A DNA stretch of 64,000 bases from Pradoshia sp. (GTDB lineage: Bacteria; Bacillota; Bacilli; Bacillales; Pradoshiaceae). The DNA lies in NCBI GenBank assembly GCA_045605505.1, contig JAZUQD010000418.1:5490-69489 (forward strand), read 5' to 3'. Below, piece by piece: positions 47,530-58,320 of the stretch; positions within the stretch are counted from its first letter, which is position 1; the number at the start of each line of letters is the position of its first letter. The notes beneath the pieces were generated by a model. The model made no database searches and had not been told where the DNA came from. It worked only from the letters and a program-made list of their open reading frames with translations. A program made the translations under genes and the position numbers.

Positions 47530-49864
47530 TTTCTTTTTCCTCGCCTTTAATATTTGTTATCGCACTCTTTTTACCAAAGTAAACTGTACCTTTTTTATCT
47601 TCAGTTCCAACATTTTTTTCATTCTCTATCTTCGTGTCATGCTTTTTCATCGCTATATTTTTAGACAATACCACATTCACTTCCTGAGCATCCACCTCAT
47701 TTTCTTCTTCAATGTGAAGTTTTGCACGAGCTTCTGGGTCCTTCGGAAGCTCTATTTTTTTTGTGATATATATATCAATTGACTTATCGCGTGCTTTATA
47801 TGTATGTCCTGCATGAATTTTTTCCAAAGTAATATTTCCTCTAATAGAATCCGGAGCAGTATATATATCCGTTGCCTTTGGATAATCAAATATAGAACTT
47901 TTTTTCAGCAGCCCTTTTTTGTAAACAGGATGCTCTATAAAACCAAACCTATTGAGCTTAAGAATATGCTGATATCCTCGTCTGATCACAATAACTTCAT
48001 TGTTTACAGCTAGTACATCATCAACTGTCATGACAGGCTTCTGACTCTCTGATGCATTTATTTCTGTAACTGCTCCTTTACCGAAAAATAATCCTGATGT
48101 TGTTTCCGTGTGAGAACGTGCACGTACTGTAGCTGACCCTGAAAACTCTGATACATATCGGGCAGTCTTTAAATCTCCTGTTCCTAAAAAAACTAAAATA
48201 TCACAGCATGATTTCAGCGTCTCAGCCATATTCTCGCCATACATTTCAATAACCTGACCTATAGTCTGCCAAATCATAGTGATATATAATTTTCTTTTTC
48301 GTGTAGTGGCCAAAGCCGTACCAAAATTTGCAATATATCCATTGGAATACGCTTCATCCATAATTACATTTACAGGTAACCTTTCATTTTTTATTCCCAA
48401 TTTTTCACACTCTGCTTGTCTCTTGTCATATGCATCTGAAATATCCTTAATCAAAAAGCTGAAGAATAATGCCTGCAGTGATTTCATTGCATCGGAGTTA
48501 TCTGGAGTAATCAGGAAACATATCGTTTGCTTCCTGCCCATTTCTTCAATGTTAATATTTGAATTGGAGGTTATTCTTCTTATTTCAGGATCCATAAAAA
48601 TCTTAAATCTAAGCAAAACACCTTGTTGTGCTGATGCTTTTACGGATTCCTTAACCCCGTCCCTATCAAATGTCATAAATGAAATTGACCCGGGATGATC
48701 AAACGGTAATTTTTCAAATCTTTTTCTTGCTGCTTCTAAAGATCCAAAATTTAAAAACGCCTGATAAATCTCACCGATTGTAAATGGCGTAATATGTTCT
48801 TCTGCTTCTTTTATAATCTGATCCACCTCATCCTGGGAATATCCTACTGCCAATGCCAAATCCACATAGAGAGATTTTATTCGGTTTAAGTTTGCATTTT
48901 CACCACACTCTCTCCTATATCCATCAAGTGTCTCTTGAGACATATCCACTAATTTTGCTGTGGACTCTATAAGATGCCTGTAAGCTTTTATTGTCTCTGT
49001 CTCATGAATATACGCAGTATATCCAATAACAGCCTGCATCAGGTTTAATGCAGAATCAGCCCAGAAATCTGTATTTTTTTCAGGTCCATATACAGCAACC
49101 GTATTCCTCATAAAAATATCGCACCATTCCTGCAACCTCAGTGCTTCGAGTCTTCCTGTTTCAGGATTAATACATTCATTTAGGCAATCCCAAGCATCGC
49201 TATACTCTGGATTTACAAAATTCAATACTTTTACCTGTGCTCCTCGGTCTTTTGCAAATTGCGCAAGATCTGTAAATAATTCTGATGACGGATCAGTTAT
49301 GCAAACCGACTCTCCTCTTAAAATAGCCTGGATTACTGCTGTTCTAACAAAACCAAAAGATTTACCTGTTCCTGGCGAACCAATCATAAATGTATTCTGA
49401 TTTCCCCCAGCTTTGTTCTCCTTAAATGCAACTACTTCTCTTCCCTCATCAGTAAACTGACCATATATTTGCTCTTTTACTGAATTGATATTACCTACAG
49501 TGAAAACCTCTTTCGCTTCTTCTTTATTCATCCAGTTCCCTGAGCCAAAAGTGCCGTCCTGCAGAAATTTCACCCCTTTTTTATCCTCGTTGACAACAGG
49601 GTTAATTATCCCTTTTCTGAAAAGTGCATATAAGGCAATCCCCAACAGAATCAAATAAGCAATTATTGTGTTTATTCTTCCTTGTCGTGTAAATATCCCA
49701 TATAATAACGACTTCCAAAAACCGAACCTGATTCCACCAGGAACAAACATCACCCCAATATATGTTGAAGGAATTATCAAAAACAAAAGGCCTGCCAGGA
49801 GTAATTTTTGTTTTTTCTCCGGTAAGGCCTTGAATTCATATATTTTTTCTTGAATTATTTTCAT
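47522..49864 (-). CDS. virD4: VirD4-like type IV coupling protein
   Basis: N-terminal TMs, GSPGTGKS, ITDP, IMDE, RKRK..IWQ..Q. Confidence 0.92.
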   Translation of the reverse strand: MKIIQEKIYEFKALPEKKQKLLLAGLLFLIIPSTYIGVMFVPGGIRFGFWKSLLYGIFTRQGRINTIIAYLILLGIALYALFRKGIINPVVNEDKKGVKFLQDGTFGSGNWMNKEEAKEVFTVGNINSVKEQIYGQFTDEGREVVAFKENKAGGNQNTFMIGSPGTGKSFGFVRTAVIQAILRGESVCITDPSSELFTDLAQFAKDRGAQVKVLNFVNPEYSDAWDCLNECINPETGRLEALRLQEWCDIFMRNTVAVYGPEKNTDFWADSALNLMQAVIGYTAYIHETETIKAYRHLIESTAKLVDMSQETLDGYRRECGENANLNRIKSLYVDLALAVGYSQDEVDQIIKEAEEHITPFTIGEIYQAFLNFGSLEAARKRFEKLPFDHPGSISFMTFDRDGVKESVKASAQQGVLLRFKIFMDPEIRRITSNSNINIEEMGRKQTICFLITPDNSDAMKSLQALFFSFLIKDISDAYDKRQAECEKLGIKNERLPVNVIMDEAYSNGYIANFGTALATTRKRKLYITMIWQTIGQVIEMYGENMAETLKSCCDILVFLGTGDLKTARYVSEFSGSATVRARSHTETTSGLFFGKGAVTEINASESQKPVMTVDDVLAVNNEVIVIRRGYQHILKLNRFGFIEHPVYKKGLLKKSSIFDYPKATDIYTAPDSIRGNITLEKIHAGHTYKARDKSIDIYITKKIELPKDPEARAKLHIEEENEVDAQEVNVVLSKNIAMKKHDTKIENEKNVGTEDKKGTVYFGKKSAITNIKGEEKENG

Positions 49865-49867
49865 TGT

Positions 49868-50842
49868 CTACTCCTGATAAACAGTAAATGGAATATATTC
49901 ATCCCTTTCATTCAGAATATAAAACTCCTGTGGACAATCGTATGGATCACTGGTGATAATTATCAGATTCTCAGATATAAGTATCTCCATTCCTATTACT
50001 CGGGATATCATTTCAGCTTCCCCATACCATTTCCCTTCTCTTTCCTGTAAAAGCTTAAAATTACCTGTCCATGTCATCATATCAACAAAGAACTCATCAG
50101 CTTCAGTATCATAGTTGTAAAATACTGAATCATTGTCAATTTCCGTAGCTGGGAGCCATTGATCTTCTCCCAACCATGAATATGTTATACCATTTCCTTC
50201 GTCTTTCCAGTTTATATCCCTTGCATTCAGAACATCAGTTATTGAAATCCAATATTTTTCATCCTGAATAAAGTATCCAATATCTTTTCTGACTTTTCCA
50301 TTCATAACAACAGTAGGTACAGATGGATAACTTTCACCATTTATATATTTCTGTGCCGCAATATATTCAAATCTCGCTTTTTCTGCCTCATCCGCATTTG
50401 TGAAAACTCCTATCAGATATCCTGTCCGATTATTTCTTATATTGTCCATATCATTTTCTTTCACTGCAAAACCTTCTAATGATATTTGCTCTGCGCCACT
50501 GAAGGAACACCAGTTATTGTTTTCGTTTTTATAAATGTACAAATCCGTATCCGGGATAACGTGTGTCATAGAATTTTTATATCCCAAGGAATTTTCCGCT
50601 TTGTATTCTACGTCGTCCAATATCATCTGATATATTTCACCAGAATAATTCAGCAATCCATAATTTGTAGCCTGTCCCTCGTAAACATTTACAAGTGAAG
50701 GACATTTATTTGCGTTATCCGCTATGCCTTCCTGTATTAGCTGGTTTATTTCAGGTTTTATATCTGCATCATCTTTTCTGCATCCAGATATAATCCCCGT
50801 CATTATAATAACCGACAAAAATATACTTATTTTCCTTTTCAT
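49868..50842 (-). CDS. Lipoprotein
   Basis: ISGC lipobox. Confidence 0.7.
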   Translation of the reverse strand: MKRKISIFLSVIIMTGIISGCRKDDADIKPEINQLIQEGIADNANKCPSLVNVYEGQATNYGLLNYSGEIYQMILDDVEYKAENSLGYKNSMTHVIPDTDLYIYKNENNNWCSFSGAEQISLEGFAVKENDMDNIRNNRTGYLIGVFTNADEAEKARFEYIAAQKYINGESYPSVPTVVMNGKVRKDIGYFIQDEKYWISITDVLNARDINWKDEGNGITYSWLGEDQWLPATEIDNDSVFYNYDTEADEFFVDMMTWTGNFKLLQEREGKWYGEAEMISRVIGMEILISENLIIITSDPYDCPQEFYILNERDEYIPFTVYQE

Positions 50843-50851
50843 TACTTCCTC

Positions 50852-52369
50852 CTACTTTGATTGAAGCCATTCTGCAGGATTTAATGCTCTTATCTCTCCT
50901 TCGGTCGGAACATTTACCTCGAAATGAAGATGATAGCCTGTTGAGTTACCTCTCTTACCTATTCCTGCAATTGTTTGACCGGCTCTCACTTCTTGTCCTG
51001 TAATGACGTAGACCTTCTCACAATGTCCATATAAAGTAAAGAAATCATATCCTTTTTTCTGTCCGTGATAGATAATCACCAGATTTCCGTATCCTAGAGA
51101 AGGTTCTTCATCCTGTGTACATTCTCCATAAGCATAAACGACTACTCCGTCGGCTACAGATGGTATATCTGCCAACCTGCAGTTTCCCCATGCAAAATCT
51201 ATTGCATCGTGGAAATCGCTTTTCCCATACAGTACTCGCCAGCCATATCCTGATGTTATCACATCATTACTATATGGAAGACTTGCAGTCTCTGGGACAT
51301 AATTGTTTTTCCATTTATCATATCTTTGTGATCCGATAAACGCTTTTATAGTTCTCGCACGATTAGCGACAACACCTGTTGTAGCTGCAGAACCAGATTG
51401 TGGTGAAAACTGTAGCTGCATCATTTTTTTCATAATTGATATCTGATCTTCTATTTGCTTTGCAACATCATCTTCTGTTTTGTTGATGTATATGACATAT
51501 CCTTCATTTACACTTTGATTATATGATTCCCAAGCTAACTTTTTAGTATCTTCAATTTCCGTTTCCAAAAATCTATTTTGTTCTCGTATTATTTCTACAG
51601 TTACTTTTCCTATATGGACTGTGATTTCTTCAGTTACAGGCTCCCCTGTCTCTGGATGATAAACAATGTTTCCGAACCAATCTTTCTTTGTTATTGTTTC
51701 AGTTCTTGTTCCTATTTCCGTATAAACCGCATCTCCAACTGAATAAACAGATTTTGCAAATCCTTTCACAAGTTTAAGAAATTTTCTGTCATACACGTTA
51801 TCCGGGCTATCCAGTTCATCTACACTTCCCCATAGTGTCTGTGTTATATCGTTATACTCACTTGATGTGTCATACTGAGATAAGACTCCGTGTATGGCCA
51901 TAATCTCGTTAGTTTCCATATTAGAGATTTCTTCATAGTTGTTATTTTCATAAGGGCTATTAATCACTATGGAAATTTCATAATGACCACGATATTGTTC
52001 TGCTTTTTCTTTTCCTTTTTCATTGGCAGCTTGCAAAGCGTTAAGATAACTGTCTTCAAAATATGAATTTACTTTTGAATGTATTTCTTCGTAAGTTATA
52101 TTCATTGCATCTTCATCAATCAGTGATCCAGCTGAAGAAAGCAGTATTGAAGGCAGCATGATTATCAATAAAAGTGGCAGAATAATGAGTATAATACTAG
52201 CTATCAATATCGGCCTGATATTTGAAACAACAACAAGAGCTCCTCCCACATAATCTTGTGTCGCAAATTTGGCTGCAGCATGTGATGCCGCCTGTAAACC
52301 TCTGATAGTATCCTTTACTTCATTACTTTGGTTGTTCATGTTCACGTTCATACTGCTGATCTTGTTCAA
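50852..52369 (-). CDS. Conjugation cell-wall hydrolase, M23 peptidase
   Basis: HDAID, LYGH, GNSTGYHLHFE motifs; N-terminal TM. Confidence 0.9.
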   Translation of the reverse strand: MNKISSMNVNMNNQSNEVKDTIRGLQAASHAAAKFATQDYVGGALVVVSNIRPILIASIILIILPLLLIIMLPSILLSSAGSLIDEDAMNITYEEIHSKVNSYFEDSYLNALQAANEKGKEKAEQYRGHYEISIVINSPYENNNYEEISNMETNEIMAIHGVLSQYDTSSEYNDITQTLWGSVDELDSPDNVYDRKFLKLVKGFAKSVYSVGDAVYTEIGTRTETITKKDWFGNIVYHPETGEPVTEEITVHIGKVTVEIIREQNRFLETEIEDTKKLAWESYNQSVNEGYVIYINKTEDDVAKQIEDQISIMKKMMQLQFSPQSGSAATTGVVANRARTIKAFIGSQRYDKWKNNYVPETASLPYSNDVITSGYGWRVLYGKSDFHDAIDFAWGNCRLADIPSVADGVVVYAYGECTQDEEPSLGYGNLVIIYHGQKKGYDFFTLYGHCEKVYVITGQEVRAGQTIAGIGKRGNSTGYHLHFEVNVPTEGEIRALNPAEWLQSK

Positions 52370-54020
52370 ATTTCTGGTTTATTTCCGTGGCTTCTTCTCT
52401 GGTTGCTTTATACTGTTCTTCTACTTCGGCAGCTTTCATATCTCTAGGCGTCATTACGGAATAAATCCTTACCCCTGTATCACCAATCTTGGTATATGTT
52501 GTAGTATCAAAAAATCCTGGCAAGCCATCTGCACCATTAAGGGACACTGCGACCAGTTCATCCCTTGTCTGACCTCTTGGGCCTGTGATGCTAGCATAAC
52601 CTGTAAGATAATTATCATTCAGCCCTGAATGAGTAAATGCGCCTGTTAATTCTATATTTGGATTGCTTTCTTTCATATTAAGGCTTTTGCTCAGCTCATG
52701 TCCTGAAATTGACGTTGCCACCATACCCATCGCATTATTTACTCGTTCGATAGAACTATTTATGTCAGCTGTCTGAGCCATTCTATCTGCAATTACTGCA
52801 CTTGTTTCCCTTGAACGCTGCCTTGAATCTGTAAGGTTAGAAAATACCCCTGCTCCACCTGTTCCCGTAACAAGGTTTCTCTTGTTACCATCCAAATCTC
52901 TTCCTATAGCTCCTACCATAACCTGAGATTTCGTTGCTTTATACTGACCAGTGCTATCCACACTATTTTTAGAAAGTCTGAATCCCTGAGCCGTCTGGAC
53001 TACTTTAGAGTCGTATACAGGTTTTGACGTATTGCCATTCGCATCATATTTGCTTTGATCATTTCCACGACCACCTATATTCCCCTTAAGTAGCGTTCCT
53101 GACGTTTTTGCGGATGATGCTGTACTGTTTTTATTAAAAAATGCACTCACAGCACCGCTTATACCTCTGGCTGCGCCCGTCATTAAAGGTCTCAAAATAA
53201 GCAGTTCTCCTAAGAAAGCTCTTGCTGTCGGAGTTACATTAATATTTAATTTGTTTAGCATCATTTCAAACTGTGTAATTGTTTTTGCAAAAAGCAGCAA
53301 CAACAGATATTGCAAAAATCCCGCACTCATATTTGATGCAGTATACATCATAATCTCTATGCCCCATGTTGATAACAACAATAAAACAGATTGTCCTACA
53401 TACATTCTTACAAATGCAGAAAAAATTCCTGATGTAGTTTTACTTGCTCCTGTAGCCATCGCCAATGGAGAAGCATAAGTGAGAACACCAAGAATTATAT
53501 ATCTCTGTAAAAGCTGAATAACCACTATCAGATAGTTGTATGCAAATATTGCAAGCATAATAAGAGATAACAGTATGAATGCACCTGATGTTACAGCAAC
53601 AAATCCACCAAGCATACTTGCAAAATCTAAAGTGGGATATACTTTATGTGTTGCTGCAGCAGTAGTATTTAAAATCATATCCTGCATTATAGTTATAAAC
53701 TGTAACCCTGTTTTCATGATATCAATTGAGAAGTAAACAAGAATAATTGTTCCCAATGTCCTTAACAGAATTATTACCGGGCTTTCCAAATCCTCATCAA
53801 CCATCGGAGCAGCTATACTTTTAATCACATTAATTACAGCAATAAGAAATGCGAAGCCAATTCCTAGTGTGATAACCGTATCACTGTAAATTTGAAACAC
53901 CGGAAAATTCTGATCTATAAGAGTTAAATCTGAACCAATTGTTGTCAATACCATAGTTGCAAAACCTGATATTGATTTATTAACTGTTTCAAATAACCAT
54001 TCTAAAAAAGCTGTAAACAA
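52323..54020 (-). CDS. VirB6/TrbL-like polytopic membrane protein
   Basis: Multiple TMs with RYIILGVL..SPLAMA motif; cytoplasmic C-terminal tail. Confidence 0.8.
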   Translation of the reverse strand: MFTAFLEWLFETVNKSISGFATMVLTTIGSDLTLIDQNFPVFQIYSDTVITLGIGFAFLIAVINVIKSIAAPMVDEDLESPVIILLRTLGTIILVYFSIDIMKTGLQFITIMQDMILNTTAAATHKVYPTLDFASMLGGFVAVTSGAFILLSLIMLAIFAYNYLIVVIQLLQRYIILGVLTYASPLAMATGASKTTSGIFSAFVRMYVGQSVLLLLSTWGIEIMMYTASNMSAGFLQYLLLLLFAKTITQFEMMLNKLNINVTPTARAFLGELLILRPLMTGAARGISGAVSAFFNKNSTASSAKTSGTLLKGNIGGRGNDQSKYDANGNTSKPVYDSKVVQTAQGFRLSKNSVDSTGQYKATKSQVMVGAIGRDLDGNKRNLVTGTGGAGVFSNLTDSRQRSRETSAVIADRMAQTADINSSIERVNNAMGMVATSISGHELSKSLNMKESNPNIELTGAFTHSGLNDNYLTGYASITGPRGQTRDELVAVSLNGADGLPGFFDTTTYTKIGDTGVRIYSVMTPRDMKAAEVEEQYKATREEATEINQKFEQDQQYEREHEQPK

Positions 54021-54081
54021 AATATTTCTCCTAAATTTAAAAAGTCAAAGACATTGGTATCTGTCTTTGACTTGTTTAATA

Positions 54082-54444
54082 TTATACTGTTGGTCCCTGT
54101 GGTGTACCTGTACCGGCAATTGTGTCTGCAAACAACGGAACAATTTCCCGTGCAAGTACCAGAATTACTAAACCAATAAAAATTTTTATAGCCCAGTCTT
54201 TTGCAGACTTTGCAGATTGTGCTTCGCTTGCTGCTATCCATTTAATTCCACAGATAATAAGTGCGATTACACCGATTCTAATACCTATTGTAACAAGTTC
54301 GCTTTCAGCCAATGCAAACACCGGTGTTAATCTTGATGAAATTGTTGTTGCATACGCAGCATTTAAATTTAGTATAAGTGCTGCTCCTGTTCCTGTACCT
54401 GCCAACGCCAGATTCTTTAAGTAGTTTTTTGCTTTTGTAATCAT
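54082..54444 (-). CDS. VirB2/TrbC-like pilin
   Basis: AYA cleavage site, two hydrophobic helices around SAKSAKDW loop; first gene of tra operon. Confidence 0.75.
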   Translation of the reverse strand: MITKAKNYLKNLALAGTGTGAALILNLNAAYATTISSRLTPVFALAESELVTIGIRIGVIALIICGIKWIAASEAQSAKSAKDWAIKIFIGLVILVLAREIVPLFADTIAGTGTPQGPTV

Positions 54445-54482
54445 ATTTATCCTCCTAATTAACTATACCTATGCTCAGTAAC

Positions 54483-54527
54483 AAAAAAAGGGTAAATGTA
54501 GTAGAAAACAATTACTTACATTTACCC
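54483..54527 (-). terminator. Leader terminator upstream of pilin gene
   Basis: gggtaaatgta...tacatttaccc stem followed by T7 on minus strand. Confidence 0.65.
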
Positions 54528-54573
54528 GTAGATACTGATTATTTAATTTTTTGTATAGTTTTTGATTGTCCCT

Positions 54574-54654
54574 ATTATATCATGGTCAAATTTCCAGTGT
54601 CAACAAATCCATGTGACACTCTTTTTTAAATATTCGTGACACTTTTTTTTAAAT
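54574..54654 (-). promoter_or_regulatory. tra promoter with two upstream 19-bp direct repeats
   Basis: TTGACA-18-TATAAT (54603-54574); GTGACACTYTTTTTTAAAT at 54613-54631 and 54636-54654. Confidence 0.7.
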
Positions 54655-54663
54655 TTCATGCTC

Positions 54664-55587
54664 TCAAACCGGAGAAATAATGTCTCTGTTAAAATATCCC
54701 CACAACAGATAACTTAATAATGCAATCGCCTGTTTTCTATTACCGTAATAAATGCGTCTGCTTAATTTAACAGTATTTCTAATTTCTTCAGTGCTATTCT
54801 TCTTGATAATCCCTTTTAGAATTTCATAATATCTATCTCCGTTCATTGGATATTTTTTAATTTCTTCTATTGCTGAATTAATCATTTTCAAAATTAAAAA
54901 CTGTCTGGATACAGTATTAGCTCTATTTTCATCCATATCTTTCATAGAATCAATTCCCTGCAGGTTCCAATACAACATCGGATAAATTTCAAGCAGAATT
55001 TCTGTATTATGATAAGCAAGCTGATTTTCTATAGCCATTCCATCAAATGATGTATAAAATTTTTCAAAAATTTTCGAAAATCTGTCGCCGAACTTATTAA
55101 TAATAATCTGAACTGCCGTTCTGTATCTTCTTCCAAATACAAAATTAGATAAATCTTCCTTTTCGGTACAACCAAAATGTACATAAGTCATCACTTCATA
55201 TAACTTGTCGCCCTCTTTGGGATATTCTTTAAGATCCATTACTGCCTTTTCGACCAGAAACAATATTTGTTCTGTATCTTCAAGCTTTTGGCTATGAGCT
55301 TTGAAATTTACTGCTTGCTGCGTATCATACAACTCTAAAATCATTTCATATGTGCTAGCTATAGACATCAGCTCTTCGGCCGATATAGCCCACTGCGCCA
55401 TATTCAATCGTCCTTCATACGCCCATTTCTGTAAACTATATGTTGCTAATGCAGCACAGGTTGCTTTTGCCTTTGCGGAATTATTCTCTTTTATCAAGCT
55501 GTTCAGTATATTCATTACCGTTACCGCTCTGGGAGAACTGGTTGTAACAGATTTTATCATAAAATCCCTTATCTCTTTATTTTCCAT
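54664..55587 (-). CDS. Tandem-domain sigma-region-4/ArpU-like transcription regulator
   Basis: Duplicated AxxxxKxYPxxGDxxYE motif; C-terminal LSRRIYY..RKQAIALLSYLLWG HTH. Confidence 0.5.
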   Translation of the reverse strand: MENKEIRDFMIKSVTTSSPRAVTVMNILNSLIKENNSAKAKATCAALATYSLQKWAYEGRLNMAQWAISAEELMSIASTYEMILELYDTQQAVNFKAHSQKLEDTEQILFLVEKAVMDLKEYPKEGDKLYEVMTYVHFGCTEKEDLSNFVFGRRYRTAVQIIINKFGDRFSKIFEKFYTSFDGMAIENQLAYHNTEILLEIYPMLYWNLQGIDSMKDMDENRANTVSRQFLILKMINSAIEEIKKYPMNGDRYYEILKGIIKKNSTEEIRNTVKLSRRIYYGNRKQAIALLSYLLWGYFNRDIISPV

Positions 55588-56074
55588 TAACCCTCTCCCC
55601 TGTCTTTTTTTCTATATATTTGCTTTGTCCTTTGTTCAATGCTGTGAGCACTGAATCTTTGCCATTTATATAAAGTGTAACATTGTATTTATTGCAAAGA
55701 GCTATAATTTGCTTCCAATAGTCTACGTTATATCCAACTTCTTTCTTCGTAAACTTCTGCGCTCCCATCCTGTGCTTATCCCATATCTCTTTTAATCTGT
55801 CATCAGCTGATGCATAGTGCACATATATTTCATCATCATCTAGAATCATTTCAGGTAACACATCCTGTAAGAATTCTAATAGAACAGCAAGCTTGATTCT
55901 GGAATAGCCTACATCTTTTGCAACCATAGGCTCGAACTGATGTGTTTCAGAATGAAGCATATCCATAACCTGATAACAGTAAGACACCTGATATGTTACG
56001 CCGTTTTCATCTTTAATCTCTCTTTGCGATAACCCAACTATCAAAAGGATGTCCCTTCTTACAGATTTTTTCAT
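55577..56074 (-). CDS. Hypothetical protein, degenerate RNase HI-like fold
   Basis: NVDYWKQIIALCNKYNVTL resembles the RNase HI NxDLW helix; catalytic acidic residues not evident. Confidence 0.35.
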   Translation of the reverse strand: MKKSVRRDILLIVGLSQREIKDENGVTYQVSYCYQVMDMLHSETHQFEPMVAKDVGYSRIKLAVLLEFLQDVLPEMILDDDEIYVHYASADDRLKEIWDKHRMGAQKFTKKEVGYNVDYWKQIIALCNKYNVTLYINGKDSVLTALNKGQSKYIEKKTGERVNGK

Positions 56075-56286
56075 AGCTCACCACCCTTTATCTGCCAGAT
56101 TTTTGAGTTTGATTTTCATAATAATTTTATTTTTTTTGAATGTCAACCGAGTTTCTTCGTAATTTGTAATCTATGAAGTTCGTTTTACCCCCTTTAGGGG
56201 GTAAAAAACTACAAAAAATTTTTTCTTTATTTGACTTTTTTGTCCTCGCTAAAGTATAATTTTTGCATTAGTAAGAGGTGATAGCC

Positions 56287-57036
56287 ATGGAAAACAAAAA
56301 GATGAAAATTAGAGTGAGCAATGCGACCATTATTTTACCGAAAATTGAAGATGAAGAAATAGAAAAACTTTACAATAATTTTTATTCCTGGTGCCAAAGT
56401 GAAATTGATAGCAACACTTTACATCAAGTCGAAGGTGTGTCCTATAAAACAATCAACAGAACAATTTCTTCTGAAAAAAGAGACCTCAGCTGGAAAACCG
56501 CAAAAGCCCTTGCTGATTACAAAAAGACTTCTCTCGACCATATTTTCGGTTTAAATAATAGACCCCTTGATAAGCAAGTAATACTTGAAAGATATAATAT
56601 GGCTATGGTTCTCTCCCTTAAAGATAAGTCTCTCATGCGTATTCTCTCTGAAATCAGAAAAGAATATGACCAAATAAAAAGAGATGATGCTGCAAATTGC
56701 TCTTCTCATTTAGCTATACCTGGATTTGCGCGTAGGGTCAACATGGTACGCCTTGAAAGAAATATATCTTTACAGGCCTTAGCCGACAGTCTAGGAATAA
56801 AAGATTTGTCTTTAGTTTCCTACAATAAGTTAAAATCCCGCGGTATCAGATTGAAAAGACTTTTAGGATTATCATTATCTCTTGGTGTTTCTTTGGACTG
56901 GCTAATTGGTTTAATAAGTCCTCAAGTTATAGATGATCCGATATTGAACAGATATATACTTGTGTCCGAACTTCCGGCCTCTTCATTTGAAAAATATAAA
57001 AAGGAAATTAGCAAAATACTTGAAGAGTCATTATAA
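56287..57036 (+). CDS. Double XRE-type HTH regulator, divergent from tra regulators
   Basis: ALADYKKTSLDHIFG and LSLGVSLDWLIG HTH ends; TTGACT-18-TATAAT promoter at 56231-56260. Confidence 0.75.
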   Translation: MENKKMKIRVSNATIILPKIEDEEIEKLYNNFYSWCQSEIDSNTLHQVEGVSYKTINRTISSEKRDLSWKTAKALADYKKTSLDHIFGLNNRPLDKQVILERYNMAMVLSLKDKSLMRILSEIRKEYDQIKRDDAANCSSHLAIPGFARRVNMVRLERNISLQALADSLGIKDLSLVSYNKLKSRGIRLKRLLGLSLSLGVSLDWLIGLISPQVIDDPILNRYILVSELPASSFEKYKKEISKILEESL

Positions 57037-57147
57037 GTTATTTTATGCACAACACTGCTGTCAGCTATATCTATGAAAAATCAAATATCACTTTAAAATA
57101 AAACAGAGAACCATGTATATTTGGCTATATCTTACTCACTAATAAAT

Positions 57148-57186
57148 AAAAATGGTCAAGGTTTAATATACCTTGACCATTTTTTT
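57148..57186. terminator. Bidirectional terminator
   Basis: aaaatggtcaaggt...accttgaccatttt. Confidence 0.75.
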
Positions 57187-58282
57187 ATTTTAGGATTCCC
57201 TGTTGTCTTGCTAATGCATAATCATCAATTCCTTTATAGTTTTCATTCCATCTTCGCCTTAATACTTTATCAAAACCAACAGAGCAAATTATATCATGGG
57301 CTTTATCCACGGCTGTTTTGACTGTAGGTTTTGTAAAATAGTCCATATCGAAAAACTCGTGTATTTCCTTCACACCTAACGCTTTCAATTCTGTCAAATT
57401 ACTTTCAAGCTGTGATGTGTTGGAAACTCCCGTAATTGCTATAAATGGAATTCCCAAAAGATGATGTGCAACATCAGCCTTCAATGGGCCTTCTGTAATG
57501 CCGATAAGTTTCGGTATTTCCTCCGAGAAACCAACATAGTGTATCTGCTCGATTCCGGTTACACTGCATCCCTCGTTTAAATTATTACTGGTAAACCATA
57601 TGTATCTTCTGCCATTTTTACTGTTATCGAATCTAATCTGCATTCCAGATATCTTTCCATCTCGCATACGTATTGGTATGAAAATACCACTTTGGTTTTC
57701 AGTAATCTGCACATGTCCCTTTTCATTTCTTGAAAATCCCGGTACACCCTTCCATTCGTATCCCATCGTTTCAAGTTTTCTTGCCAAAGATATTCTCCCA
57801 ACCTGAGGAACCGATCTGTACTGGCCTTTTTTTATAGCTTCTTCAGACAAACCTCTTTTCATCAATGCTGTTTGATGTCTTTGTGACAAACTGCAGTTAT
57901 CGAGAAGTGCAACATATGTTGCACTTCTCGTTTTTAATTCCGTGGCTGCACATAAAGGCGGAAGATCTTCAATAGTCTTCTTATGCTTTTTAATTATATC
58001 GCGGTTGACAGAAATATCACCGTTATATATCCTGTAAAGTTCTTTTCTCGCCTCTTTTGTACTTTCAAGACCATAAATCTGCTGATATAAGGCCAGCATC
58101 CCTCCGTGCGCGTCACAGGCTGGACATCTGAAAGTGTTTTTTTCGATATTCACATTCAGCTTTTTCTGCCTGCCGCAAAACGGACAATCGACATTAAATG
58201 AACGTTTGTTATTCAACTGTATTGGAAAACCTAGTTGCTCACACACCCAAATAATATCGAAATCAAAATCTAAATTACTCAT
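57185..58282 (-). CDS. Primase-like protein (zinc finger + Toprim/DUF3854)
   Basis: CPFC..CPAC zinc finger; ITEGPLKAD, FDMD, KGIDD Toprim motifs. Confidence 0.85.
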   Translation of the reverse strand: MSNLDFDFDIIWVCEQLGFPIQLNNKRSFNVDCPFCGRQKKLNVNIEKNTFRCPACDAHGGMLALYQQIYGLESTKEARKELYRIYNGDISVNRDIIKKHKKTIEDLPPLCAATELKTRSATYVALLDNCSLSQRHQTALMKRGLSEEAIKKGQYRSVPQVGRISLARKLETMGYEWKGVPGFSRNEKGHVQITENQSGIFIPIRMRDGKISGMQIRFDNSKNGRRYIWFTSNNLNEGCSVTGIEQIHYVGFSEEIPKLIGITEGPLKADVAHHLLGIPFIAITGVSNTSQLESNLTELKALGVKEIHEFFDMDYFTKPTVKTAVDKAHDIICSVGFDKVLRRRWNENYKGIDDYALARQQGILK

Positions 58283-58320
58283 ATTTCCTCCCCATTTGCT
58301 GAAAAAGAGAAGGAAATGCG

